A stretch of 57,317 bases of DNA from an uncultured Verrucomicrobiae bacterium. Lineage in GTDB: Bacteria > Verrucomicrobiota > Verrucomicrobiia > Chthoniobacterales > Chthoniobacteraceae. Where the stretch lies: NCBI GenBank assembly GCA_963836755.1, contig CAWIKF010000004.1, positions 1 to 57,317 of the forward strand. Direction: 5' to 3'. Below, one piece after another: positions 20,033 to 30,538 of this stretch (position 1 is the first letter of the stretch; each line of letters begins with the position of its first letter). The translations under genes were made by a program, and so were the position numbers. The notes beneath the pieces were generated by a model. The model worked only from the letters and a program-made list of their open reading frames with translations, was not told the origin of the DNA and searched no databases.

Positions 20033-20708
20033 CCCGCTGGAACGTCAGCCATCTCCCGAAGAACCACTGCGTCCGCACGTTTTCGACGGCATCCAGGAAT
20101 ATGACAACCGACTGCCAAACTGGTGGCTCTTCACGCTCTTCGGCGCGATCATTTTTGCCGCATTCTATTGGAGCCTCGTGCACCACTGGCAGGTCGCGGA
20201 CGAGCCTGGGATCGCCGTTGAAAAAGCGATGAACGAAAACACGCTGGCAGCAGCAAAAAGTTCCGGCGTATTGAGCGACGATCAGCTTTGGCAGATGAGC
20301 CGCGACGCCGGCGTGGTGGCGGCGGGCAACGCGATTTTTCAAACCACCTGCGCGTCCTGTCACCAGCCGGATTTGACCGGAAAAATCGGGCCGAATTTGA
20401 AAGACGAAATCTGGCTGCACGGCGGCTCGCCGCACGAGATCATCGCGACGATCACCGGCGGCGTCCCCGCGAAAGGAATGCCGACGTGGGGACCGGTGCT
20501 TGGCAAACAAAAGATCGGTGAAGTCGCCGCGCTGATCCTTAGTTTCCATCAGCAGCCCACCGCGCCAGCATCCACGCCTGACCCGACGGAAAAGGCGCAA
20601 AAGGAAACCGCATCGGGACAAGAAATCGAAGCGCAAGCGCAAGGCATCAAACCACCCGAGTCGAGCGGCCGGGCGCAACTCCCTCTGCCAAAGCCGGCGC
20701 AAAAATGA
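20025..20708 (+). CDS. ccoP: cbb3-type cytochrome c oxidase subunit III (monoheme CcoP)
   Basis: HVFDGIQEYDNRLPNWW, a single CASCH, GPNL.D..WLHG, GMPTW. Confidence 0.93.
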   Translation: MNNPLERQPSPEEPLRPHVFDGIQEYDNRLPNWWLFTLFGAIIFAAFYWSLVHHWQVADEPGIAVEKAMNENTLAAAKSSGVLSDDQLWQMSRDAGVVAAGNAIFQTTCASCHQPDLTGKIGPNLKDEIWLHGGSPHEIIATITGGVPAKGMPTWGPVLGKQKIGEVAALILSFHQQPTAPASTPDPTEKAQKETASGQEIEAQAQGIKPPESSGRAQLPLPKPAQK

Positions 20709-22120
20709 GCGATTTCGCGCCGCCGATTCGGGCCGCGAAAGGCATTGCCCGGCCCACGCGTGAACGTCTTTCGACCATCAACAAAGACGGCTCGCGCCGC
20801 TTCATCCATGCCGCCACGCCGCGCGGTCGGTTCACGTCTTTGCGTGGACTGACTGGCGTCGTGTTGCTCGCGGCTTACATCGCGCTGCCGTGGATTCGCA
20901 TCAATGGCAACCCAGCCGTCTTCTTCGACATTGCCAATCGCCAGTTTCACATCCTCGGACTCACACTCGTCACTCAGGATTTGTGGCTCGCGTTTTTTCT
21001 CATCACCGGCACGGCATTCGGTTTGTTCTTCGTTACCGCTATTGTCGGGCGTGCATGGTGCGGCTGGGCTTGTCCGCAAACTGTCTTTCTCGACATCGCC
21101 CGCCGGATCGAGCGTTGGTGCGAAGGCGATGCTCCGCAGCGCCGCGCGCTCGACCGCGGGCCGATGACCTTTTCACAAACCATCCGGCGCGCCTTGAAAA
21201 ACGTGCTCTACGCTGCATTCGCGCTGCTGCTCGCACACGTCTTCATGTCGTATTTCGTCTCTCTGCCCGGCCTTTACGCAATGGTCCGCCAATCCCCCGC
21301 CGAGCACTGGAGCGTCTTCCTTTTCGTGTTCGCAATGGCCGCCGCGCTCCTTTTCGACCTCGCGTGGTTTCGCGAGCAATTTTGCATCATCATGTGTCCT
21401 TACGGACGTCTGCAATCCGCGCTCATCGACGACCACACGATCACCGTCGGCTACGATCCGATTCGCGGCGACCCGCGTGGGAAAAAGGGAACGCCGGGCG
21501 CGGGCGATTGCGTCGATTGTCTCCGCTGCGTCCAAGTCTGCCCGACCGGCATCGACATCCGTCAAGGCCCATCGCAACTGGAGTGCATCGCGTGCGCTGC
21601 GTGTATCGACGCTTGCAATACCGTGATGCGTAAAGTTGGCCGGACTCGCGGTTTGATCCGCTATGATTCCGCCAACGCGTTCAGCGGAAAAGAGACGCGG
21701 CTCATCCGCCCGCGCATCATTCTCTACCTCGTGCTGATGCTCGCCGGCGCAACCGTCATGAGCTTCTCGATGTCGTCATTCAAATCCACGACGACGAGCA
21801 TTACGCGCATGCCTGGTGCGCCGTATTTCATCGAAGACAGCGAGGTGCGAAATCAATTTCTCGTCCGCATCATCAACAAACGAAACGCGTCGGAAACTTT
21901 CCGCGTGCAAGTCAGCGGCGCGCCAACCGGCTTTAAATCAAGCGGCGCGGGCGATGACGTAAAAATCGCCGCGCTCGACGAGCAAATCCGCCCGCTCGTC
22001 GTGACCGTTCCGCGAAACGAGTTTCACACGCCTCTTTTGTTGAAAGTCCGCATCGTTTCTACCGACGGAAATTTCACGGACGAAAAATCGCTGCCGTTTC
22101 TTGGACCTTCCACGCCATGA
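20705..22120 (+). CDS. ccoG: cbb3 accessory protein CcoG/FixG
   Basis: GRAWCGWACPQT, REQFCIIMCPYGRLQ, CVDCLRCVQVCPTGIDIR, CIACAACIDAC. Confidence 0.95.
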   Translation: MSDFAPPIRAAKGIARPTRERLSTINKDGSRRFIHAATPRGRFTSLRGLTGVVLLAAYIALPWIRINGNPAVFFDIANRQFHILGLTLVTQDLWLAFFLITGTAFGLFFVTAIVGRAWCGWACPQTVFLDIARRIERWCEGDAPQRRALDRGPMTFSQTIRRALKNVLYAAFALLLAHVFMSYFVSLPGLYAMVRQSPAEHWSVFLFVFAMAAALLFDLAWFREQFCIIMCPYGRLQSALIDDHTITVGYDPIRGDPRGKKGTPGAGDCVDCLRCVQVCPTGIDIRQGPSQLECIACAACIDACNTVMRKVGRTRGLIRYDSANAFSGKETRLIRPRIILYLVLMLAGATVMSFSMSSFKSTTTSITRMPGAPYFIEDSEVRNQFLVRIINKRNASETFRVQVSGAPTGFKSSGAGDDVKIAALDEQIRPLVVTVPRNEFHTPLLLKVRIVSTDGNFTDEKSLPFLGPSTP

Positions 22121-22263
22121 ACGGATTTGTGAAATCGCGTCCGTGGATTTGGATCATCGTCGGCTACTTATTCTTGATGAGCGGTGTAATCACCGGCCTC
22201 GTTATCGCGATCAAACACGCGCCGCAGGAAATCGCTCTGCCCGCAAACCCGCATGGACATTAG
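22117..22263 (+). CDS. 48-aa single-TM protein in the ccoH position (resembles the FixH/CcoH N-terminus)
   Basis: MNGFVKSRPWIWIIVGYLFLMSGVITGLVIAIKHAPQEIALPANPHGH. ATGA-coupled to ccoG and overlapping the next start. Confidence 0.6.
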   Translation: MNGFVKSRPWIWIIVGYLFLMSGVITGLVIAIKHAPQEIALPANPHGH

Positions 22264-22930
22264 CTCTGCAGCCACCCCGCTCGCGGCGTTCGTCGCCGGT
22301 GCGATCACGAGCATCCATTGCGCGGGCATGTGTGGCCCGCTCACGTGTGCAATGTTTGGCCGATGCGGCAAACGCGAGTCGCAACTCGCGAGTGCAATTT
22401 ATCAACTTTCGCGCCTCATTTCCTACTCACTGCTCGGCCTCGCTCTCGGCGCAGTTGGACATTCGGCGGCAACGCTTTTCACGAACGCGCGTCTTGTGCC
22501 GTGGGCGTTTGCGCTCGTTTTCATTGTGCTCGCGTTCGGATTGGAAAAACGAATCGCGCCGCCTGCGTTCGTCACGCGATTGTTCGCGCAATTTCTGGGT
22601 GGCGCACGCGTCTCGCCTTCGCGAACTTTTCCCGCGCTGCTCGGATTCGCAACGCCATTTCTCCCGTGCGGCCCGCTTTATTTGATGTTCGGCGTCGCGC
22701 TTGTTTCCAGCTCGGCGCTGACCGGCGCGATGCTCATGGCTAGCTTTGCGCTCGGCACGCTGCCATTTTATTGGTTCGCGCAAATGCAGTTGTTGCGCCT
22801 GCAAACCCGCCTCTCACCGCTCACGTTGCAGCGCACGCGCCAGGGATTGTCGCTAATCTCCGCGGCACTTCTCGTGTGGCGCGCGACCGCAAACGGCGGG
22901 CTTGGCCTCGCCGGAACCGCATGCCACTGA
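22253..22930 (+). CDS. DsbD_2 / TauE-SafE-like membrane protein of cbb3 clusters
   Basis: SIHCAGMCGP, R..SY, LPCGPLY, FALGTLP. Confidence 0.9.
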   Translation: MDISSAATPLAAFVAGAITSIHCAGMCGPLTCAMFGRCGKRESQLASAIYQLSRLISYSLLGLALGAVGHSAATLFTNARLVPWAFALVFIVLAFGLEKRIAPPAFVTRLFAQFLGGARVSPSRTFPALLGFATPFLPCGPLYLMFGVALVSSSALTGAMLMASFALGTLPFYWFAQMQLLRLQTRLSPLTLQRTRQGLSLISAALLVWRATANGGLGLAGTACH

Positions 22931-25347
22931 CCGCCGTCGGTCCGCGAGAATCAACGCGCACGACGACTGCGTGCAGCCACTGCGGCCTCGCATTTTATCC
23001 GACGAGAACGCGCATAAATTTCTGCTGCGCCGGCTGCCAATTCGTTCACGGACTCATCGTCGGAAACGGCTTCGAAAAATTCTACGATCTCCAAAACGGG
23101 ACACCATCGCCGGTGCAATCGCTGGTCTTTCAAAAGCACGATTTCGACTGGCTCTCGGAACTCATCAAAGCCGCGGAAGCAAGCAGCCATGCGGCTTTGA
23201 CGCTCGATCTGCAAGGCGTCTCATGCGTCGGCTGCGTCTGGCTGATCGAAAAACTGTTTGCGCGAAAACCGGGCTCTCTCGGAGCTGAAGCCAATTCCAG
23301 CCTCGGCGAAATCACGCTTCGGTGGCGTGTGGGCGAATGCGACATCCTGGGATTCGCGCGCGAGCTGCAAAAATTCGGCTACCTCGTCGGACCGATTGGA
23401 AAACATGTGCATCCGGCGAGCAGCGCACTCGTCAAACGCATGGGCCTCTGCGCCGCGTTCGCGATGAATGCGATGCTGTTTTCGATCCCCCGTTACTTCG
23501 GAATGGACGCGCACTTTGCGACCGCAGCGTTGTTCGACAAACTAGCGCTGCTTTTCGCCACACTCAGTTTTCTCGTGGGCGGCAGCTATTTTTTTTCGCG
23601 CACTTGGAGCAGCGTGCGCCACGGCGTGCTCCACATCGACCTGCCGATTTCGCTCGGCTTGATCGCCGCCTACACCGGCAGCGTTTACGCGTGGGCGCAC
23701 GGCGCGATGAACTTCGCCTATTTCGATTTCGTTTCGACTTTCACGTTTTTGATCCTCGTCGGACGATGGACGCAGCAGGCTGCGATCGAAAAAAATCGCA
23801 ACCGTTTGCTCAACGCGAACGACGAGCCACGCGAGGTTATTTTAATACATGGAACAAAACTACCGCTCGCGGAATTGCGCGCCGGGATGCGCTATGAAGT
23901 GAATTCCGGCCAACTTATCCCCGTGCGATCAAAATTGCTCGCGAATGCTGCGACGCTCGGCCTCGAATGGATCAACGGCGAATCCGAAGCGCGCACAGCC
24001 CGGCTTGGCCAGCTCGTGCCGTCGGGCGCGGTGAATTGCAGCCAATCGTCGATCGAACTCGAAGCAATGGAAGCTTGGGAGGAATCGCTCCTCGCTTCGC
24101 TTTTGCAAGTCAAACCGCGTGCCGAACTCAATCGCAGGGGCCTCGAACGCTTTATCAAAATTTACATCGTCGCGGTCATCGTCATCGCAGCCGCCGGCTT
24201 TGCTGTGTGGCTGATCGCGAGCCACTCGCTGCTGCTCGCCCTGCAAGTGCTCATCTCGATTCTTGTCGTCTCGTGCCCTTGCGTAGCCGGAGTTGCGCTG
24301 CCGCTCGCGGACGAACTCGCCGCGTCAACACTCCGAAAATCAGGCGTTTTCGTGCGCGAGCAAAGCCTGTGGGCGCGGATTGCGCGCGTGCGAAAAATCG
24401 TCTTCGACAAAACCGGCACGCTGACTTTGGAAACGATGGCTTTACAAAACCCTGAGGCTCTCGATTCGCTCACCGCTCGCGGAAAATCCGTGCTGCTCGC
24501 GATGGTGGAAAACAATTTGCATCCTGTGAGCTGTTGCCTGCGCGAAACGTTGATGGCCATCGGCATTGAACCGGCGCGCGATTGCCTTGCCGAAGAAATT
24601 GTCGGCTTCGGACTAGGATTAAATACTCGCGAAGGTGTGTGGCGGCTTGGAAGACCGGATTGGGTAGGGCTGGCGTCCCGTCCGCCACACTCGAACGTCG
24701 AACCGATGCCACAAAATTGCACGGCAGGCGGGACGCCCACCCAACCCGGAGATTGCGTGTTCGCGTTCAATGGTGAATTGCTCGCAGAATTTTCATTGGT
24801 CGAACAGGTCCGCGCCGATGCCGCGGACGAAATCGCGGCACTTCAGCGACACGGTTTTTCCATTCAAATCCTCAGCGGCGACCGAATTGCAAAAGTCTCA
24901 CAAATGGCTTCGCAGCTTGGTTTGCCCGCCGAGGCGTGCGTCGGCGAAATGTCGCCCGAGGCGAAAGCTAAATGGATTCGCGAGCACGACCAACGCGACA
25001 CGCTTACGATTGGCGACGGCGCGAACGACAGCCTCGCATTTAATGAAAGTTATTGCACCGGCACGCCCGCAATTGATCGCGGACTGCTCCAGCAGAAATC
25101 CGATTTTTATTTTCTCGGACGCGGACTGAGCGGCGTGCGCAAACTTTTTGAAGTCGCCCGTTGTCGCCGTCTCGCGGCGCACCGCGTCCTAACTTTCGCA
25201 ATCGTCTATAACCTCATCGCAATCTTACTTTGCTTGATCGGAAAAATGAGTCCCTTGGCAGCGGCCATCCTGATGCCTACCAGCTCGCTCGTCTCTCTCG
25301 CCATTGTCCTTTTCACCGGGATCTACTCGGTCGCAAATGAGCGTTAA
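22921..25347 (+). CDS. ccoI: Heavy-metal (Cu) P1B-type ATPase CcoI/FixI
   Basis: N-terminal CSHC..FCCAGC, CVGCVWLIE, SCPC, DKTGT, HP, SGD, GDGAND. Confidence 0.92.
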   Translation: MPLTAVGPRESTRTTTACSHCGLAFYPTRTRINFCCAGCQFVHGLIVGNGFEKFYDLQNGTPSPVQSLVFQKHDFDWLSELIKAAEASSHAALTLDLQGVSCVGCVWLIEKLFARKPGSLGAEANSSLGEITLRWRVGECDILGFARELQKFGYLVGPIGKHVHPASSALVKRMGLCAAFAMNAMLFSIPRYFGMDAHFATAALFDKLALLFATLSFLVGGSYFFSRTWSSVRHGVLHIDLPISLGLIAAYTGSVYAWAHGAMNFAYFDFVSTFTFLILVGRWTQQAAIEKNRNRLLNANDEPREVILIHGTKLPLAELRAGMRYEVNSGQLIPVRSKLLANAATLGLEWINGESEARTARLGQLVPSGAVNCSQSSIELEAMEAWEESLLASLLQVKPRAELNRRGLERFIKIYIVAVIVIAAAGFAVWLIASHSLLLALQVLISILVVSCPCVAGVALPLADELAASTLRKSGVFVREQSLWARIARVRKIVFDKTGTLTLETMALQNPEALDSLTARGKSVLLAMVENNLHPVSCCLRETLMAIGIEPARDCLAEEIVGFGLGLNTREGVWRLGRPDWVGLASRPPHSNVEPMPQNCTAGGTPTQPGDCVFAFNGELLAEFSLVEQVRADAADEIAALQRHGFSIQILSGDRIAKVSQMASQLGLPAEACVGEMSPEAKAKWIREHDQRDTLTIGDGANDSLAFNESYCTGTPAIDRGLLQQKSDFYFLGRGLSGVRKLFEVARCRRLAAHRVLTFAIVYNLIAILLCLIGKMSPLAAAILMPTSSLVSLAIVLFTGIYSVANER
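24662..24747. repeat. REP-like imperfect inverted repeat inside ccoI
   Basis: GGGTAGGGCTGGCGTCCCGTCCGCC (24662-24686) vs GGCAGGCGGGACGCCCACCCAACCC (24723-24747): 20/25 complementary, 36-nt loop. Confidence 0.75.
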
Positions 25348-25420
25348 AAACGCGAAGCGGTGCTTCGTTGCGTCACGCTATTTTCGTTTACTTTGCAGGA
25401 TGCCGACGAAATAGTTTTTC

Positions 25421-27112
25421 GTGTCTTTCACCCTCGGCATAGACTTTGGCACCAACTCTGTCCGAGCTCTCATCGTCAGGTGCGCCGATGGTAGGGAGGC
25501 CGGCAGCGCCGTAGTCCAATATCCCAGCGGCGAAAAAGGGATCCTGCTCGATCCTCGTGACCATAACCTGGCGAGGCAGCATCCGGCAGACTATCTCTTT
25601 GCGTTAGAAAAAGTGGTGCGCGCGGCCTTGTCGGCCGCGGAGGCATTTGAAAGTTTTTCCGCGAAGAACGTAATCGGCATCGGCGTCGATAGCACTGGCT
25701 CTAGTCCCATTCCAGTCAACGAGCAGAATGTGCCGCTCGGAGTGCTGCCAGAATGGAAAAACGAACTGGCCGCGCAATGCTGGTTGTGGAAAGACCACAC
25801 CAGCTATCGCGAAGCCGCGCGCATCACCGAGCTCGCCGCCATTCATCGTCCACATCTAATCGCCAGCTGCGGAAACACCTATTCCTCCGAATGGTTCTGG
25901 AGCAAAATCTGGCACTGCCTCATCTCCGCTCCTGGTGTCTTCGAAACAGCTTACAGCTGGGTGGAACTCGCCGACTTCATTCCCGCGATCCTTTCAGGTA
26001 TCTCGCAGCCTCTTGAAACAAAGCGCGGCATCTGCGCGGCAGGACACAAAGCCCTTTATGATGAAGAACATGGCGGGTTGCCTGACAAAGAGTTTCTTGG
26101 CCTACTCGATGTCAACCTAGCCGAACTACGTGATCGACTTTACACAACGGCATTCGATGTAACGGAAGTTGCGGGGTTTCTTTGTCCCGAATGGTCAGAC
26201 AAACTGGGGTTGCCCGAAGGTATTCCCATTGCCATGGGAGAGTTTGATGTCCACTACGGCGCGATTGGGAGCGGAGTAGGCGAGGGTGTTCTGGTAAAGG
26301 CGATCGGCACATCCACGTGCGACTGTTGCGTGGTAGGCCTGGATAAAGCCGTGGCGAACATTCCGGGAATCTGTGGAATCGTCAAAGGCTCTATCCTTCC
26401 AGGCTACTACGGCGTCGAAGCGGGACAATCGGCGGTTGGCGATATCTTCAACTGGTGGGTGGAGGTTGTATGTCGGGGTAGCGATACTCTGCATGACTCG
26501 CTGACAAAGGAAGCCGCAGAAGTATGCCCCGGTCAGAGCGGATTGCTCGCGCTGGATTGGAACAATGGAAATCGAACCATCCTTGTAGATCCCAGATTGA
26601 GTGGACTGCTGATCGGCCAAACTTTACACACGACACGCGCAGAGATTTATCGCGCGTTGATCGAAGCCACCGCCTTCGGCGCGAGAGTGATCGTCGAGCG
26701 TCTTCGTGAGTATCGCGTGCCGGTCGAAAAAATAGTCTGTTGCGGAGGTATCGCGGAAAAGAATCCGCTCCTCATGCAGATTTACGCCGATGTCATAGGT
26801 TGCACGATCCAGGTAGCCGGCTCCAGCCAAGCCTGCGCGCTAGGTGCGGCCATATCCGCGGCAGTTCTAGCCGGGCTCGGCAAAGGAGGTCATGCAGACT
26901 TCGGCGCCGCGCAAAGAGCGATGACTTCTCTAAAGGCGAGAGCCTATCATCCTATCGAGAGAAATCAGTCAGTTTATAATGAGCTTTATGAGTTATACCT
27001 CAATCTTCACGATACATTCGGTGGAGTAAATAAAAGCGCTGATCTATGTGGCTTGATGAAACAAGTTATCGCAATCCGCGAAAGGCAAAGTAGTGTCGCG
27101 ACAAGTGCATGA
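25421..27112 (+). CDS. araB: L-ribulokinase
   Basis: [52 protein letters not shown]; upstream of araA. Confidence 0.95.
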   Translation: MSFTLGIDFGTNSVRALIVRCADGREAGSAVVQYPSGEKGILLDPRDHNLARQHPADYLFALEKVVRAALSAAEAFESFSAKNVIGIGVDSTGSSPIPVNEQNVPLGVLPEWKNELAAQCWLWKDHTSYREAARITELAAIHRPHLIASCGNTYSSEWFWSKIWHCLISAPGVFETAYSWVELADFIPAILSGISQPLETKRGICAAGHKALYDEEHGGLPDKEFLGLLDVNLAELRDRLYTTAFDVTEVAGFLCPEWSDKLGLPEGIPIAMGEFDVHYGAIGSGVGEGVLVKAIGTSTCDCCVVGLDKAVANIPGICGIVKGSILPGYYGVEAGQSAVGDIFNWWVEVVCRGSDTLHDSLTKEAAEVCPGQSGLLALDWNNGNRTILVDPRLSGLLIGQTLHTTRAEIYRALIEATAFGARVIVERLREYRVPVEKIVCCGGIAEKNPLLMQIYADVIGCTIQVAGSSQACALGAAISAAVLAGLGKGGHADFGAAQRAMTSLKARAYHPIERNQSVYNELYELYLNLHDTFGGVNKSADLCGLMKQVIAIRERQSSVATSA

Positions 27113-28620
27113 AGCTTCTCCCCTCGGAAATTTGGTTTGTCACTGGCAGTCAGCATCTTTACGGAGACGAGACCTTGCGGAAAGTTGCCGCTAACTCCCA
27201 GCAGATCGCGGACGCATTGGATGCATCAGAACTGGTTCCGCTGAAGGTTATCGCAAAGCCGACGATGACTTCTCCCGAAAAGATTCGCGAACTTTGCCTC
27301 GAAGCGAATGAAACCCCGGCATGCGCGGGACTTATTCTATGGATGCACACCTTCTCGCCGGCGAAGATGTGGATCGGCGGCCTTCTAGCTCTGCAAAAGC
27401 CTTTCCTCCATCTCCACACGCAGTTCAATCGCGACCTGCCGTGGCAGGAAATCGACATGGATTTCATGAACCTCAGCCAATCCGCACATGGCGACCGCGA
27501 GGCCGGATTCCTCCACACGCGCATGCGTTTGAATCGCAAAGTGGTCGCAGGGCATTGGTCGGACGAGGAGGTGCAGGCGCGGATCGGCGCGTGGATGCGG
27601 GTGGCGCGCGCATGGCATGATTTGCAAGGGGCAAAGTTTGCGCGCTTCGGCGACAATATGCGCCAGGTGGCGGTTACGGAAGGCAACAAAGTTTCCGCGG
27701 AGATGCGCTTTGGCTTTTCAGTAAATGGCTACGCAGTGGGAGACCTTGTCGAGCGATTGCGGGAAGTATCTGACGCAAACATTGAAAAGCTATGCGCGGA
27801 GTATGAAGAACTTTACGGTGTCGCGAAGGGTTTGCGCAAAGATCAACAGCGTCACGAATCGCTGCGGGAAGGTGCGCGCATCGAGATAGGTATTCGCAGC
27901 TTCCTCGAGTCAGGAAACTTTAAAGGGTTCACCACTACTTTTGAAGACTTACATGGATTGAAACAGCTTCCCGGTCTCGCTGTGCAGCGCTTGATGAAGG
28001 AAGGTTATGGCTTTGGCGCAGAAGGCGATTGGAAAACATGCGCACTACTTCGCGCGATGAAAGTAATGGCGTATGACCTCGGCGGCAGGACATCCTTCAT
28101 GGAAGACTATACCTATCACCTGCATCCCAGCGGTCATTTAGTGCTGGGCTCACACATGCTGGAGGTCTGTGAGTCCATTGCCGGCGGTAAACCTTCGCTG
28201 GAAATTCATCCGCTGAGCATTGGCGGCAAGGACGATCCGGTTAGACTTGTTTTCGATGCGCCCGCGGGACCAGCGATCAATGCTTCGCTGATCGACCTGG
28301 GCAACCGCTTTCGCCTCCTCGTCAATGAAGTCGATGTCGTCGAGCCGCCGGAACCTTTGCCGAAACTCCCTGTCGCGCGCGCGGTCTGGAAGTGCCGGCC
28401 TGATTTCAAAACCGCTTGCGAGGCATGGATCCTTGCGGGCGGCGCGCATCACACGGGCTTTAGTTACACCGTGACTACGGAACAGATGGAAGACTTCGCC
28501 GCAATGGCTGGTGTTGAGATCGTTGTGATCGATCAACAAACGCAGCTTCGACAATTCAAACAGCAGCTTCGCAACGAGGAAGTTTACTACCATCTCGCGC
28601 CGGGACTCGGCCGCTTGTAG
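27109..28620 (+). CDS. araA: L-arabinose isomerase
   Basis: [54 protein letters not shown]. Confidence 0.97.
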   Translation: MKLLPSEIWFVTGSQHLYGDETLRKVAANSQQIADALDASELVPLKVIAKPTMTSPEKIRELCLEANETPACAGLILWMHTFSPAKMWIGGLLALQKPFLHLHTQFNRDLPWQEIDMDFMNLSQSAHGDREAGFLHTRMRLNRKVVAGHWSDEEVQARIGAWMRVARAWHDLQGAKFARFGDNMRQVAVTEGNKVSAEMRFGFSVNGYAVGDLVERLREVSDANIEKLCAEYEELYGVAKGLRKDQQRHESLREGARIEIGIRSFLESGNFKGFTTTFEDLHGLKQLPGLAVQRLMKEGYGFGAEGDWKTCALLRAMKVMAYDLGGRTSFMEDYTYHLHPSGHLVLGSHMLEVCESIAGGKPSLEIHPLSIGGKDDPVRLVFDAPAGPAINASLIDLGNRFRLLVNEVDVVEPPEPLPKLPVARAVWKCRPDFKTACEAWILAGGAHHTGFSYTVTTEQMEDFAAMAGVEIVVIDQQTQLRQFKQQLRNEEVYYHLAPGLGRL

Positions 28621-28632
28621 TCGCAAAGAGCT

Positions 28633-29346
28633 ATGAGCAGCTACCAGCAAATTCGGGAAGAGTGCCTTGAGGCAAACCTTCTTCTTCCAGCTAGCAAGCT
28701 TGTCGATCTTACCTTCGGAAATGTCAGTGTCGCAGATCCGGCGCGCGCCATTTTTGCGATCAAGCCTAGCGGCGTTGACTACCTAGCTCTGAAAGCCGCC
28801 GACATTGTCGTGATCGATTACGAAGGCCATGTCGTGGAGGGTTCGCTGCGACCTTCTTCCGACGCGCCGACGCATCGGCGACTCTATCAAAGCTTTGACG
28901 GCATCCGAGCGGTAGCACATACCCACTCGCGCAACGCCGTCGCGTTTGCGCAGGCGGGACGCGAAATTCAATGCCTCGGCACCACACACGCGGACTACTT
29001 TTACGGCGCAGTCCCTGTCACTCGCGCGTTGTCGGCGGCTGAGACCGCGGGCGAGTATGAATTGCAAACTGGAAACCTCATTGTCGAAACGATCAACTCG
29101 CGCGACCCGCTGGCAACGTGCGCAGTGCTGGTGCGAAACCATGGGCCGTTCGTTTGGGGGCCGTCGGGAAAAAAAGCCGTGGAGAATGCGATCGCCTTGG
29201 AAATCATCGCTGAGATGGCGATGAAGACGCTTCAGCTTAATCCTGGCGTCGAACCGATTTCCGCGCCACTGCTCCACAAACATTTTTTGCGCAAACACGG
29301 CGCGACAGCTTACTACGGACAGGAAAAGCCGGGCAAAGGTAGTTGA
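28633..29346 (+). CDS. araD: L-ribulose-5-phosphate 4-epimerase
   Basis: TFGNVS, IKPSG, PSSD.PTH, HTHS, GTTHADYF, HFLRKHG..AYYGQ. Confidence 0.96.
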   Translation: MSSYQQIREECLEANLLLPASKLVDLTFGNVSVADPARAIFAIKPSGVDYLALKAADIVVIDYEGHVVEGSLRPSSDAPTHRRLYQSFDGIRAVAHTHSRNAVAFAQAGREIQCLGTTHADYFYGAVPVTRALSAAETAGEYELQTGNLIVETINSRDPLATCAVLVRNHGPFVWGPSGKKAVENAIALEIIAEMAMKTLQLNPGVEPISAPLLHKHFLRKHGATAYYGQEKPGKGS

Positions 29347-29406
29347 CCCGGTTCCATCCATAGATTCGTCTTTTCATCGGCAAAGACGGTGGATACCTTG
29401 CCGCGC

Positions 29407-29940
29407 ATGAAGACCCTTTTCCTCGTTCTTTTTGCCGGCCAAATAATTTTGTCTCCTCTCGCTCGAGCGGAGGATGCGGCATCGCGCACGGCAGCGGTCG
29501 AGGAGTTGCTAAACGCGATGCACGCCGATGTGACGATGAAGAAAACGCTCGATAAACAGCGGGAGGCGATGGTCAAAATGCTGCCCGCGCTGATGCCAAA
29601 GGATCTCCCGCCGGAAGCCGTGCAGCAGGCGCAGGAGATGATGCCGCGGGTGATGGATGTGGTTTACAAGCAGCTCACGTGGGAATCGCTGAAACCCGAT
29701 TTCATCCAGATCTACAGCGAAGTATTCAGCGAAGATGAGATCAAAAGTCTGACCGCATTTTACAATACGCCGGCTGGGCAGAAGCTCATCGAGAAGATGC
29801 CGGAGGTGACGGCCAAAAGCATGCAACTGATGCAGAAGCGGATGGTAACGATCATGCCGGAATTGCAGAAGGCGATCCAGCAGACGATTCAGGAGGCAAA
29901 GGCGAAAGCGTCCGCGTCGCCGAGTGCTGCAGCGCAATAG
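29407..29940 (+). CDS. DUF2059-type exported protein
   Basis: Signal peptide; YSEVFSEDEIKSLTAFYNTPAGQKL. Confidence 0.85.
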   Translation: MKTLFLVLFAGQIILSPLARAEDAASRTAAVEELLNAMHADVTMKKTLDKQREAMVKMLPALMPKDLPPEAVQQAQEMMPRVMDVVYKQLTWESLKPDFIQIYSEVFSEDEIKSLTAFYNTPAGQKLIEKMPEVTAKSMQLMQKRMVTIMPELQKAIQQTIQEAKAKASASPSAAAQ

Positions 29941-29961
29941 GGCAAACTTTTTCCCGAAGCG

Positions 29962-30492
29962 ATGAAGATTTTTCTTCCGCTGGTGCTGGCGCTCATTTGC
30001 GGCGGCAATTTCGCTGTGGCGCAAATCCCGGCCGCGACGATGAAATTGACGAGCACGGATTTCATCGATGGCGGGACGATCCCGAAGCGGTTCACGTGCG
30101 ACGATGAAAACGCAAGCCCGAACTTGCAGATCAGCAGCGTGCCGACAAACGCGAAAAGCCTCGCGCTGGTGATGGATGATCCCGATGCGCCGAGCGGAAC
30201 TTTCACGCATTGGCTGGTCTGGAATCTCGCGCCGGACTTGAAGGAGTTCGTCGTGAACACAGTGCCGCCCGACGCGATTCAAGGGCGCAACGATTTCGGC
30301 AAATCTGCTTACGGCGGTCCCTGCCCGCCATCGGGCGAGCATCGTTTTTATTTCCGGCTCTACGCGCTCGATATTCCGGTGAAGCTGCCCGCAGGCACTC
30401 CGCGCAAAGCTTTGGAAAAGACAATGGCGGGTCATATCATCGGGCAGTCAGTTTTGATGGGACGGTATGTGCGCTCGGGCGTTTCCCGATAA
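29962..30492 (+). CDS. YbhB/YbcL (PEBP / Raf kinase inhibitor-like) protein
   Basis: DDPDAP..FTHW, YGGPCPP..HRF.F.LYALD; signal peptide. Confidence 0.93.
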   Translation: MKIFLPLVLALICGGNFAVAQIPAATMKLTSTDFIDGGTIPKRFTCDDENASPNLQISSVPTNAKSLALVMDDPDAPSGTFTHWLVWNLAPDLKEFVVNTVPPDAIQGRNDFGKSAYGGPCPPSGEHRFYFRLYALDIPVKLPAGTPRKALEKTMAGHIIGQSVLMGRYVRSGVSR

Positions 30493-30538
30493 GAGATTCG
30501 GCTTTTCACCGCGCGGGCAGGTCGCTAGCTTCGCGCGC

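Noticed and set aside
25400..25420. In-frame ATG...TAG upstream of araB as readthrough or leader peptide
   Set aside because: AraB homology begins at GTG 25421, and a 4-codon ORF is uninformative.
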